Position numbers and translations under genes: made by a program. A stretch of DNA of 64,000 nucleotides, taken from assembly GCA_045590655.1 (NCBI GenBank), contig JAZNRI010000070.1, positions 101,100-165,099 on the forward strand, written 5' to 3'. Positions 30,999 through 40,427 of this stretch are shown here, one piece after another; the first letter of the stretch is position 1, and each line of letters opens with the position of its first letter. The notes under the pieces were generated by a model that ran no database searches, was not told the origin of the DNA, and saw only the letters and a list, made by a program, of their open reading frames with translations. This DNA comes from Lachnospiraceae bacterium. GTDB lineage: Bacteria; Bacillota; Clostridia; Lachnospirales; Lachnospiraceae.

Positions 30999-32859
30999 AA
31001 GAACAATTTCGGGAAAAAAGTGGACTAGAATAGGTGCTATTTTTGTGTTGGATATTGTTTCCATTATTGTAGTGTCTTTTCTGTCAATTATTATTCGTTT
31101 TGATTTTTATATAAATGATGTACCGAGCAAGTATTATAATAATATCGGCAAGGTGTTACTTTTTAATATTATTGTAACCCTGCTGATTTATTGGCTGTGG
31201 AGATTATATAAAAGTGTATGGCGTTATGCAAGCGCAACGGAACTGATCAATATAGGTGGTGCAGTTTTTACAACTTTTGTGGTGCAAGTAGTTGGGTATA
31301 ATGTTTTTTCGGTGGATTTACCGAGATCTTATCCACTTTTCTATGCTTTCTTTCTTTTTGTTTCTTTGGTAGGAATTCGATTCAGCTATCGTATTCTTCG
31401 AATTGTCAAAGAGAAACAAAGAGGAATCGGTGCCGATGGTGAACGAAAACGTTGTATGATTATAGGTGCCGGTGCGGCAGGAAATGCTATGATTAAGGAG
31501 ATTGAGTCAACGGCGTATTTGAGTATGAAGGTATGCTGTGTAATTGATGATAATCCGGGATGCTGGGAAAAGAGACTCAGAGGTGTGCCCATTGTGGGCG
31601 GAAGAGAAAGCATTCTAAAGGCCGTAGAGAAATACAATATTGACGAGATTATCATTGCGATTCCGTCTGCAAAACCTTCGCAATTAAAGGGAATTATTGA
31701 AATTTGCAAGGAGACTGGTTGTAAAATACGTACATTGCCGGCAATTTATCAGTTGATTAACGGAGAAGTCAATGTTTCGAAGTTAAGAGAAATTGAAATT
31801 GAAGATTTGTTGGGAAGAGAACCCGTAAATGTTAATTTAGATGAAATTATGGATTACGTCAGCGGAAAAAGAATTATGGTTACCGGAGGCGGCGGTTCCA
31901 TTGGGAGCGAGTTGGCAAGGCAGATTGCTTCTCATAATCCGGAATGTCTTATTATTGTAGATATATATGAAAATAATGCTTATGATATTCAACAGGAGTT
32001 AAAGGAGAAATATCCAAATCTTAATTTGCAGGTGTTGATTGCATCTGTGCGCAATACAGCCCGCATGAATTCAATTTTCGAAAAATATCGTCCTCAATTG
32101 GTTTATCATGCAGCGGCGCATAAGCATGTTCCTTTGATGGAAGACAGCCCGAATGAAGCAATTAAGAATAATGTTTTCGGCACATATAAAATTGCTGTGG
32201 CAGCGGACAAGTACGGTGTTGAAAAATTTGTTATGATATCAACGGATAAGGCAGTAAATCCGACAAATATTATGGGAGCATCCAAACGTATTTGTGAAAT
32301 GATTGTTCAGTCGATGAACCGGAAGTCAAAGACCGAGTTTGTGGCTGTAAGATTCGGAAATGTTTTGGGAAGTAACGGAAGTGTTATTCCGTTATTCAAG
32401 AAACAAATTGCCAATGGCGGACCGGTAACCGTTACCCATCCTGATATTATCCGCTATTTTATGACAATACCGGAAGCGGTTTCTCTTGTTTTGCAAGCCG
32501 GTGCATATGCAAAAGGCGGAGAGATTTTTGTGCTTGATATGGGTGAGCCGGTTAAAATTTTGGACTTGGCCAAAAACTTAATTCAATTGTCAGGTTACAA
32601 AGTAGGAGAAGATATTGAGATTGTGTTTACCGGATTAAGACCGGGAGAAAAGATGTATGAAGAACTCCTTATGAATGAGGAGGGGCTACAGGAAACTGAG
32701 AATAAGATGATTCATATCGGAAAACCTATTGTTTTTGATGAAGCAGAATTTGAACAAACATTGATTCGTTTAAAAAAAGCAGCAGAAGCAGAAGCGGAAG
32801 ATATCAGGGATATTGTAATGGAACTGGTATCTACATACCATCCGAATGATGAAAGATAA
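30988..32859 (+). CDS. Membrane-bound UDP-GlcNAc 4,6-dehydratase (CapD/PglF/EpsC family)
   Basis: Four N-terminal TMs; IGAGAAG; VTGGGGSIGSE; HAAAHKHVP; STDKAV.P.NIMGASK; RFGNVLGS. Confidence 0.93.
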   Translation: MKSKRTISGKKWTRIGAIFVLDIVSIIVVSFLSIIIRFDFYINDVPSKYYNNIGKVLLFNIIVTLLIYWLWRLYKSVWRYASATELINIGGAVFTTFVVQVVGYNVFSVDLPRSYPLFYAFFLFVSLVGIRFSYRILRIVKEKQRGIGADGERKRCMIIGAGAAGNAMIKEIESTAYLSMKVCCVIDDNPGCWEKRLRGVPIVGGRESILKAVEKYNIDEIIIAIPSAKPSQLKGIIEICKETGCKIRTLPAIYQLINGEVNVSKLREIEIEDLLGREPVNVNLDEIMDYVSGKRIMVTGGGGSIGSELARQIASHNPECLIIVDIYENNAYDIQQELKEKYPNLNLQVLIASVRNTARMNSIFEKYRPQLVYHAAAHKHVPLMEDSPNEAIKNNVFGTYKIAVAADKYGVEKFVMISTDKAVNPTNIMGASKRICEMIVQSMNRKSKTEFVAVRFGNVLGSNGSVIPLFKKQIANGGPVTVTHPDIIRYFMTIPEAVSLVLQAGAYAKGGEIFVLDMGEPVKILDLAKNLIQLSGYKVGEDIEIVFTGLRPGEKMYEELLMNEEGLQETENKMIHIGKPIVFDEAEFEQTLIRLKKAAEAEAEDIRDIVMELVSTYHPNDER

Positions 32860-32873
32860 AGGAAGTATCAGAT

Positions 32874-34004
32874 ATGACAAAGCAGAGAATTTATTTATCA
32901 TCCCCCACTATGCATACGGAAGAATTAAAATATATACAAGAGGCTTTTGATACTAATTGGGTGGCACCGTTGGGAAAGAACGTCGACGAATTTGAAGCAG
33001 AAATGGCATCTTATACAAAGTGCGGATTTGCAGCTGCGCTGTCGGCGGGAACAGCAGCAATACATTTGGCGTTAAAGCTGGCCGGTGTTAAGCAGGGAGA
33101 TTATGTATTTTGTTCGGATTTGACGTTTGCTGCTACCTGTAATCCGATTTGTTACGAAAAAGCAGTTCCTGTATTTATTGATGCGGAGCCGGATACATGG
33201 AATATGTCACCCCAGGCATTGGAGCGGGCATTTGCAAAATATCCGGAAACCAAAGTAGTGTTGGTGGCTAATTTGTATGGTACACCTGCGAAGTTGGATG
33301 AGATTCGTAGAATATGTGAGAAAAATGGCGCAATATTGATTGAAGATGCCGCCGAATCTTTGGGAGCAACTTACAAGGGGAAACAAACCGGAACATTTGG
33401 TGAGTTCGGTATTTATTCTTTTAACGGAAATAAAATAATAACAACCTCCGGCGGCGGAATGCTTGTATCTCAGGATGAAGAAATGATAAAAAAAGCAAGA
33501 TTTTATGCAACGCAAGCCAGAGAACCGAAACGCCATTATGAGCATAAAGAAGTTGGATACAATTATCGTATGTCAAATGTTGTTGCAGGTATAGGCCGTG
33601 GCCAGCTGTTACATTTGGATGAGCATATCGCACTAAAAAAACATATTTATGAGACTTATAAAGAGGCGTTTGCAAACATCAATTGTGTTCGTATGAATCC
33701 GATAGGGGATTGTGAGTCGCAACCAAATTATTGGTTATCATGTTTGTACATTGAAGAGGGAAAGCGTTGTAATCCTTTGGATATTATGTTGGCACTGGAG
33801 AAAGAAAATATAGAATCCAGACCGATATGGAAGCCGATGCATATGCAGCCGGTTTTTAAAGAATGTGATTTCTTTGCACATGAAGAAGGCTGTATATCGG
33901 TTGGAGAAGACGTGTTTAAAAAAGGTGTTTGTCTGCCTAGCGATATTAAAATGACCGCGGAAGAACAAAATCGTGTTATAGAAATTATAAAAAGCGTACT
34001 GTAG
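32874..34004 (+). CDS. DegT-family sugar aminotransferase (EpsN/PglE-like)
   Basis: NWVAPLG, SFNGNKIITTSGGG (PLP Lys), GYNYRMSN, ESRPIWKPMH. Confidence 0.9.
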   Translation: MTKQRIYLSSPTMHTEELKYIQEAFDTNWVAPLGKNVDEFEAEMASYTKCGFAAALSAGTAAIHLALKLAGVKQGDYVFCSDLTFAATCNPICYEKAVPVFIDAEPDTWNMSPQALERAFAKYPETKVVLVANLYGTPAKLDEIRRICEKNGAILIEDAAESLGATYKGKQTGTFGEFGIYSFNGNKIITTSGGGMLVSQDEEMIKKARFYATQAREPKRHYEHKEVGYNYRMSNVVAGIGRGQLLHLDEHIALKKHIYETYKEAFANINCVRMNPIGDCESQPNYWLSCLYIEEGKRCNPLDIMLALEKENIESRPIWKPMHMQPVFKECDFFAHEEGCISVGEDVFKKGVCLPSDIKMTAEEQNRVIEIIKSVL

Positions 34005-34015
34005 GAATCTTTTTA

Positions 34016-35656
34016 ATGAAACAAATTACAGCAAAAACATATTCATACAAAAGAATAGTACAAGTTATGTTGTTTGCATTGTTGCCAATTATTGATGTGG
34101 TAAGAAATGCGGGGAATGGCTGGCAGATGATGGTAGCATCACAAACAACCGGTTTGGTTTTGGCCGGTGTTATTGTGTTGCACTACGGAGTGAAGAAATT
34201 TTTAAAATGGTATAATTTACTTTGGCTTGCTGTAGCAGGTATTGCAATATGGTCGATGCAGTATTGGTTTTATGAAGAGGCAATTAAGTACTATTATGTA
34301 TACGAGATGCGGATGGCATTTGTTCATTTTGCTTTCTTTGGAATGATTGTTACGCATTTAATTATGGATTACAAGTCAAGAGGGGTACGCCAAAAGGAAC
34401 TTCGGCCAAAGAATATATGGCTTATAGGTTTGTGGTTTTTATATATTCTGATGGCTACTATTATGAAAGATAATACCTATCGTCCGGAGTTTGATTTATT
34501 GTATTTTGGTATTCTTTATCTGGTTCCATTTGAAAAAGAAGAATTGCAGCAGATATTGAGAGATCTTATTAATGGTATTCTTATCGGTTTTAGTGCTGTG
34601 CAAGGGGTTGCATTTTTCTTTCGTCATTATGTAGATAAACTAAATCGATATAGCGGAATGTATTATAATTGCAATATGTTTGATTTAATGTGTCTGGTAG
34701 TTATGGTTGCCGTTTTGATAAAAATTACGGAAGCAAGAAAAAACAAAACGGCAAAACATTGGACTTATTGGTTTTGGGTAATGTATTATGGAGTTGTTTT
34801 TTCGTTGTTGATTTTATCTGTCGGACGAATCAGCATCATTTTGGCGATAGGCGGAACTTTTGTATATTTAGTATTGGATAAATGGAAGGAAGAGAAGAAA
34901 ATTCTTCGGTTTATGGCAAGCAGTGGAACATTGTTTTTAGCTACATGTATTGCATTACCTTTGACGTTTGCAGGTGTTTCGTACTTGCCACGAATTATAA
35001 ACAGACCTATTATTTATCATGATGAGTATTTGAAGATTGGTGATGTGACGGATAAGGAAAACTATATTTCCTTTGGAGAACTTATGGAAGGTACTCTTGG
35101 TCGTTTCCGAAAAATATGGTCGGATTCTCCGCAAATTCAAGACGCGAAGGGCACTGAAGGTGAGTTGGCAGAAATTAAAGATAAGGAAGAAAAAGTACCT
35201 TTGGATCCGGAATGGGAAACCAGGACATATTATTTGGATGAGAATGGATATAATGCTATTGAACTCCGATTGGCGATTGGCAGAACTTATATTGATCGAT
35301 TAAATTTATGGGGACATACTATAGATGAATGGCTTATGTGGGTAACTCCATATACGCAATTTGCACATGCGCACAATATTATTATTATGCAGATGTATGT
35401 ATACGGAATTATAACCGGAATACTATTTTTAGTATGGATAGTGGGATATGCTATCGCAGCTTTTAGGTATTGGCGGCAGAATGTTAGGACGGATTATGCA
35501 CTCTTTCCGTTGATGATTGTGACTTTAGTTTTGACATTTGGTATGGTTGAAATATGCTGGATGTCAGGCCAGATTACGTGGATTTTATTGATGTTATTGC
35601 AGAAGTGTCTGCAGATGCGTGCAGATGATAAAGAAGAAAAGCAATGTTTGGAGTAA
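34016..35656 (+). CDS. O-antigen ligase (WaaL/Wzy_C)-like membrane protein
   Basis: Polytopic; GRIS; large loop with ELR..IG..WG and HAHN..YG..G. Confidence 0.65.
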   Translation: MKQITAKTYSYKRIVQVMLFALLPIIDVVRNAGNGWQMMVASQTTGLVLAGVIVLHYGVKKFLKWYNLLWLAVAGIAIWSMQYWFYEEAIKYYYVYEMRMAFVHFAFFGMIVTHLIMDYKSRGVRQKELRPKNIWLIGLWFLYILMATIMKDNTYRPEFDLLYFGILYLVPFEKEELQQILRDLINGILIGFSAVQGVAFFFRHYVDKLNRYSGMYYNCNMFDLMCLVVMVAVLIKITEARKNKTAKHWTYWFWVMYYGVVFSLLILSVGRISIILAIGGTFVYLVLDKWKEEKKILRFMASSGTLFLATCIALPLTFAGVSYLPRIINRPIIYHDEYLKIGDVTDKENYISFGELMEGTLGRFRKIWSDSPQIQDAKGTEGELAEIKDKEEKVPLDPEWETRTYYLDENGYNAIELRLAIGRTYIDRLNLWGHTIDEWLMWVTPYTQFAHAHNIIIMQMYVYGIITGILFLVWIVGYAIAAFRYWRQNVRTDYALFPLMIVTLVLTFGMVEICWMSGQITWILLMLLQKCLQMRADDKEEKQCLE

Positions 35657-35660
35657 GCGT

Positions 35661-36959
35661 GTGAAAAATATAGGCAAAAGTATTTTAAAAATAACGGGTA
35701 CTTTTTTAGCCGGAGTTCTTTTAGGAACTGCGCTTATTGTGTTGTCTTTTTGCTTGCCGGAAGAACCCATGGCAAATCATTTGAGAGAGTCGATACCGAC
35801 GTTGACATCTTATATCGGAAGTTCGGAAATGATTGTGGGATATCAGTCTTCTTTTGACGGAACATTTACCGATTGTTTAATGCTTCAGAATGCTGTTTAT
35901 GACCGAGAACATCCCTTGTTAGAAAAAGCAATGGGAATCTACAGGAACGGCTGGGAGAATGATCAGTGGTATCCAAGGGAAACATTGGTGGAGTATTTAA
36001 AGGGAGAGGTAACGGAAGAGTATAGTTATGCAAGATACTGGCATGGGTATTTGGTATTTCTTAAACCGCTGTTGCTACTTTTTAATTTGGAAGAAATTTA
36101 TTTTCTGAATCAGATTTTTCAGTCATTATTATTGATAGCAGTGATAGTAGGAATGGTAAAACGGCATAAGGAAAAGTATGCTATTTGTTATGGACTGGCA
36201 TTTGTATTTTTGGTGCCTGTTGTTATGCCTATGTCATTATCATTATCATTGTGCTTTTATATGTATCTCATCACTAATTTAGTTCAATTAAGGTATCATG
36301 ACAGGTGGAAAGAGAAGAAGCAGTATGTTTATGTTTTTTTGATTGTTGGTATGATAACGTCGTATATTGATTTTTTGACTTATCCTATTGTTACGTTAGG
36401 GATGCCGCTTGTAATGTACTTTGTGTTAGAAGAAGAAACCTGGAAACAAAGTATTAAAAAAACTGCTGGATATTCGATTGCGTGGGGAGTAGGATATATC
36501 GGCATGTGGATGTCTAAGTGGATATTAGCAAGTATTATTTTAAAAGAAAATATTTTATTGGATGCCGGAAATACGCTTGCACAGCGAACAGACGCAATCA
36601 CATATGATTCGCGCATATTGTCTTTTTTAAGCGTATTATGGTATAATATGAAAATGTATAAGGCTATGCCCTATATTTTGATTGTTGTCGCATTGGTAGT
36701 GACAGTAGCGGTTTTGATAATAAAATATCCGACGGGGTTAAAGTTTAAGGAAATACTTATCAAGTGTATTCCTTTTATGATTATTGCATGTATGCCTTTT
36801 GCGTGGTATGGGGTAGCGTTAAATCATTCGGGAGAACATTATATGTTTACTTTTCGAGCTCTTATTGTTACCGTGTTTGCCGGAAGTTGTATGCTGATGC
36901 AACTGTTTAACTGTAAAAAGGGAGAGGATGAGGGAACTCGCCTTTCGGAGAAAGGATAA
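35661..36959 (+). CDS. Polytopic membrane protein, GT-C-like
   Basis: GTG 35661 with GGAG RBS; acidic DGTFTD; YARYWHGY; DFLTYP; many TMs. Confidence 0.5.
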   Translation: MKNIGKSILKITGTFLAGVLLGTALIVLSFCLPEEPMANHLRESIPTLTSYIGSSEMIVGYQSSFDGTFTDCLMLQNAVYDREHPLLEKAMGIYRNGWENDQWYPRETLVEYLKGEVTEEYSYARYWHGYLVFLKPLLLLFNLEEIYFLNQIFQSLLLIAVIVGMVKRHKEKYAICYGLAFVFLVPVVMPMSLSLSLCFYMYLITNLVQLRYHDRWKEKKQYVYVFLIVGMITSYIDFLTYPIVTLGMPLVMYFVLEEETWKQSIKKTAGYSIAWGVGYIGMWMSKWILASIILKENILLDAGNTLAQRTDAITYDSRILSFLSVLWYNMKMYKAMPYILIVVALVVTVAVLIIKYPTGLKFKEILIKCIPFMIIACMPFAWYGVALNHSGEHYMFTFRALIVTVFAGSCMLMQLFNCKKGEDEGTRLSEKG

Positions 36960-36963
36960 TTAT

Positions 36964-37902
36964 ATGGATAAAATTGCGGTATTAATTCCGTGTTATAATG
37001 AAGCTAAAACAATTGAAAAAGTAGTGAAAGATGCCAGAAATGCTTTGCCTGAAGCTGTGATTTATGTATATGATAATAACTCTACAGATAAAACTGCAGA
37101 GATTGCAGCAAATGCAGGAGCGGTTGTAAGGCATGAATATCAACAGGGAAAAGGTAATGTAATCAGAACAATGTTTCGTGAAATTGATGCACGTTGCTAC
37201 ATTATGATTGATGGAGATGATACGTATCCCCTGGAGTTTGCAAGACAAATGGCTGATGCTGTGTTAGAGCGTAATGTTGACATGGTAATTGGAGACAGAT
37301 TGTCGTCTACTTATTTTCAGGAAAATAAGCGCCCGTTCCATAACGTAGGGAATGCAATGGTTAGAGCGGGAATTAATAATTTGTTCGGATGTAAAATTAA
37401 AGATATTATGACCGGATACAGAGCCTTTGGATATGGGTTTGTTAAAACTTTCCCGGTATTGTCTAAGGGGTTTGAAATTGAAACAGAAATGACAATTCAT
37501 GCTGTTTCAAACAATATGGCTATTGAAAATGTGGTTGTAGAGTATAGAGATCGTCCGGAAGGCAGTGAGTCTAAATTAAACACATACTCTGATGGAATCA
37601 AGGTATTGTTTACTATGGTTAAGTTGTATAAAAATTACAAACCTTTTCGTTTTTTTACCTTATTGGCAGTGATTTTAACACTTATAGCAATTGGATTTAT
37701 GGTTCCGGTTGTTATTGATTATCTGAATACAGGTCTGGTTGAACGATTTCCGACCTTAATTGTATGTTGTTTTGTTCAGTTGGCTGCAATACAGTCGTTC
37801 TTTTCCGGAATGATTCTTTCGGATATGACAATTAAGAACAGGCGAGATTTTGAATTTAGAAGAAATTTAATTCAGAAAGATTTAAATAGAGATATCAAAT
37901 AA
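36964..37902 (+). CDS. DPM-synthase/GtrB-like GT2
   Basis: PCYNE, YDNNSTD, QGKGNV, DGDDTYP, GFEIETE, two C-terminal TMs. Confidence 0.88.
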   Translation: MDKIAVLIPCYNEAKTIEKVVKDARNALPEAVIYVYDNNSTDKTAEIAANAGAVVRHEYQQGKGNVIRTMFREIDARCYIMIDGDDTYPLEFARQMADAVLERNVDMVIGDRLSSTYFQENKRPFHNVGNAMVRAGINNLFGCKIKDIMTGYRAFGYGFVKTFPVLSKGFEIETEMTIHAVSNNMAIENVVVEYRDRPEGSESKLNTYSDGIKVLFTMVKLYKNYKPFRFFTLLAVILTLIAIGFMVPVVIDYLNTGLVERFPTLIVCCFVQLAAIQSFFSGMILSDMTIKNRRDFEFRRNLIQKDLNRDIK

Positions 37903-37928
37903 AAAAAGCGAGTTAAACTCGCTTTTTT
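37902..37928. terminator. Bidirectional intrinsic terminator
   Basis: AAAAAAGCGAGT-TAA-ACTCGCTTTTTT between convergent genes. Confidence 0.85.
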
Positions 37929-37929
37929 A

Positions 37930-38928
37930 TTAATTGCCCAATCGAACATTTATGAATTCGGAAATACGATTTGCAATCATTTCACGACCTGTATTATTGG
38001 GAGTAATTCCGTCTTCGAGTAAATATTGATCTGCGGTTTGCTCATTAATATTTATGCCATAGAAATTGTCTAAATAAGATACACTGTAATTTTGAGTCTG
38101 TACCTGAAGTGGTGTTAAACAGGTGGGTAAATTTCCAAATCCCATGTCTGCAATATCACAGCCCTGTCTTGTACCATCTTCTTTTGTAGCATAACAGAAG
38201 GTGGGGGTTATAAACATATGTTGCATATAGGGATAGTTAATAGGATATCGTTCGTAAGAGCCGGTAAAACTACCTTCCATAGAACTTATATCAAACATGT
38301 TAAAAGGATTGTGTCCGGGATGATGTGCTAAATAATCATGCCCATCATAATAAATCAATAACAAATCGATTTGATCATAGTCTATGGATTTGAGAAGCTC
38401 CAGGACTTCAGCATAATGTTCGCGGTCGCAATCCTCCGGTAATGTTTCCAGAGCTTTTTCCTGTAAATCCCATTTGCCGGTTTGTATACTGTCTGAAATC
38501 CAGAAAAAGCAAAACGCATCCCTGGGACTGTCTTTGACCTCTTCTAAAGAACCGGTTTCGGAGGCCATAAAAGAACCTTCTAATGCACAGTTATAAACGG
38601 TGGCTCCTGTTTGTTCTTCGATCATTTCTGCAATGTTGGTTCCACCTTTGTCGTAGGCAACCGTATCGTTTCCTAAAATCAGTATATCAAACTGACCATC
38701 ATATTCATTACCCTCCAACATGGAAGGATGCATAAAAAAGACGAAATCTTCGGTCTCGGTATCAACATTTACATTTTCATCTATAATAAATTCCCGGCCG
38801 CGATTCCAGCGCATAAGTTGGATAAAACCAATGAGAATAATAATTATAATCACAATGGGTAGTCCTATGTGAAAGATGCGGGAATAGTTCAGTTTCCTTT
38901 TGGGGGCTGTTTTTTTATTGTCATCCAT
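37930..38928 (-). CDS. Membrane-anchored SGNH-fold protein lacking catalytic residues
   Basis: Aligns with 28676..29572, but block I is LGNDT, block III is DGHD and block V is DGIT. ATG 38928 has an AGAGGT RBS. Confidence 0.7.
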   Translation of the reverse strand: MDDNKKTAPKRKLNYSRIFHIGLPIVIIIIILIGFIQLMRWNRGREFIIDENVNVDTETEDFVFFMHPSMLEGNEYDGQFDILILGNDTVAYDKGGTNIAEMIEEQTGATVYNCALEGSFMASETGSLEEVKDSPRDAFCFFWISDSIQTGKWDLQEKALETLPEDCDREHYAEVLELLKSIDYDQIDLLLIYYDGHDYLAHHPGHNPFNMFDISSMEGSFTGSYERYPINYPYMQHMFITPTFCYATKEDGTRQGCDIADMGFGNLPTCLTPLQVQTQNYSVSYLDNFYGININEQTADQYLLEDGITPNNTGREMIANRISEFINVRLGN

Positions 38929-38991
38929 ATTCATACCTCTTTTTCTTAAATTATGAATCATATGTAGAAATAATACTCTGACACAGAGATT

Positions 38992-39020
38992 ATTCTACTA
39001 TTGTTTCAAATAAATGTCCA
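38992..39020 (-). promoter_or_regulatory. Putative sigmaA promoter of the SGNH-like gene
   Basis: TGGACA, 17 nt, TAGAAT on the minus strand. Confidence 0.45.
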
Positions 39021-39046
39021 GTCATTCGTTTTGTATGACTGTATTA

Positions 39047-39250
39047 TTAAGTTCTGCGTTCGGAATGTGCTATAGAAGATTTGATACAGGCCTGTAATAT
39101 TTTTTCACGTTCGCGCAAGTTTAATTGTATGAAATAATTATACGGGATATCAAGCTCTTTAATAGTGTGGTCACATGCCGGGCATATCACCCTATGACCG
39201 CTTAATATATGCAGTCTTTGGCAATTAGAACAAAAATGAAGATACAACAT
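39047..39250 (-). CDS. Small hypothetical protein with CxxC-x12-CxxC (zinc-ribbon-like)
   Basis: MLYLHFCSNC...ICPACD, 67 aa; AAGGAG RBS 9 nt upstream of ATG 39250; own promoter. Confidence 0.6.
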   Translation of the reverse strand: MLYLHFCSNCQRLHILSGHRVICPACDHTIKELDIPYNYFIQLNLREREKILQACIKSSIAHSERRT

Positions 39251-39339
39251 AAGATTAAACTCCTTTTCGGATATATTTTCTCTCATTGGTATCTTCAATC
39301 ATTGTATACGTATTATTCTTTTGTTTTTTGATTAAGGAT

Positions 39340-39368
39340 ATTATGACATTTTTTTGATTTTTCGTCAA
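39340..39368 (-). promoter_or_regulatory. sigmaA promoter of the small zinc-ribbon gene
   Basis: TTGACG, 17 nt, CATAAT, with TGn extension. Confidence 0.6.
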
Positions 39369-39380
39369 TTAAAAATTATC

Positions 39381-40250
39381 TTATGTTGAGCCACTCCAAC
39401 TTCTTCGAAAGTCGGATGGAGAAATGCCCTCTACTTTTTTAAATAACCGTGCAAAGTAATTTGCATCATCAGTTCCGCATTCGTATGCAATTTCTTCTAT
39501 CGAAAGTGCTGAAAAGCGAAGGAGGTGCTTAGCGTGTGTGATACGTACTTGCTGTAAATAGGAAATGACCGTGGAACCGTAACATTGTTTAAATCGTCGG
39601 GAAAGATAGTATTTATCAATATAAAAAAGTTTGGATAGCTCGTCTAAACTTATTTTTTTTTGGAAATTTTCATCCAAATATGACTTGATATTTTTAATTG
39701 TATTAGTTTTTTCGGCCGGAACATCAATGGTAGAATGATTACAGTCCATTACAATTTGCGCTAACAAACCTGTGATTTTTTCGCAGATTAACATATCTCT
39801 GACAGCTTCTTTGTTTAAAGTAATATTCTGTATTTCGGTTAAAAGATTTTCGTAAGGCTGTATATGTGATACCCGGAAAACGGGTGAGTTATTTTCGCTA
39901 AAAAACCGGTCATAGATTTTATTCATATTCGGACCGTCAAAATGTATCCATTGTAAGCACCATAAGTGCTCAGAAGTAGTGTGGGAATATGCTTTATTAC
40001 AGTCAAGAAAAACGCAATCGCCGGCAGAAAGGGAATAACTTACGTTATCATAAGTTAACATACCTGCACCGGATTTAACACAAAAAAACAAATATGAGGC
40101 CAGTTGACTGCGCTTGCTTGTGTGAAGAGCCAATGCTTGCAGGGTGCCGATTTCCTGCGCATAAAACAGGTTGTTTTTTGCAAAGGTGGAGGGGGTATAT
40201 AAAACACGATTTGATTGTACCATTTTGTCCTGTATAACAGATGTATTCAT
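39381..40250 (-). CDS. AraC-family transcriptional regulator
   Basis: N-terminal cupin-like domain; SLDELS..YLSRRFK; RITHAKHLL; IEEIAYECG..NYFARLFKK.EG.SP..FR. ATG 40250 has a GAAAGGA RBS. Confidence 0.92.
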   Translation of the reverse strand: MNTSVIQDKMVQSNRVLYTPSTFAKNNLFYAQEIGTLQALALHTSKRSQLASYLFFCVKSGAGMLTYDNVSYSLSAGDCVFLDCNKAYSHTTSEHLWCLQWIHFDGPNMNKIYDRFFSENNSPVFRVSHIQPYENLLTEIQNITLNKEAVRDMLICEKITGLLAQIVMDCNHSTIDVPAEKTNTIKNIKSYLDENFQKKISLDELSKLFYIDKYYLSRRFKQCYGSTVISYLQQVRITHAKHLLRFSALSIEEIAYECGTDDANYFARLFKKVEGISPSDFRRSWSGST

Positions 40251-40293
40251 AGAAATTCCTTTCAAAATATTAATGTTTTAGCGGGTTATATAA

Positions 40294-40322
40294 ATTATAA
40301 CACAAAAGTCAATATTGTGCTA
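40294..40322 (-). promoter_or_regulatory. Putative extended -10 promoter of araC
   Basis: TGTTATAAT on the minus strand (40294-40302); weak -35 TAGCAC. Confidence 0.45.
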
Positions 40323-40373
40323 ATAAAACACAAAAAAAACACTGCATAAGGATAAAAAAGAAGTGTAGAATAT

Positions 40374-40402
40374 CCACAGTATTCAAAATAAGGTAGTATA
40401 AT
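40374..40402 (+). promoter_or_regulatory. Putative gmd operon promoter
   Basis: Perfect TATAAT at 40397-40402; poor -35 (CCACAG). Confidence 0.35.
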
Positions 40403-40427
40403 TGTTATTGTAAGGAGAGAAATATTT

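Noticed and set aside
39653-39661. T9 run (A9 in the araC coding strand) and other 7-8 nt homopolymers as phase-variation sites
   Set aside because: Such runs are expected in AT-rich DNA, and the frames are intact. Read-level data would be needed.
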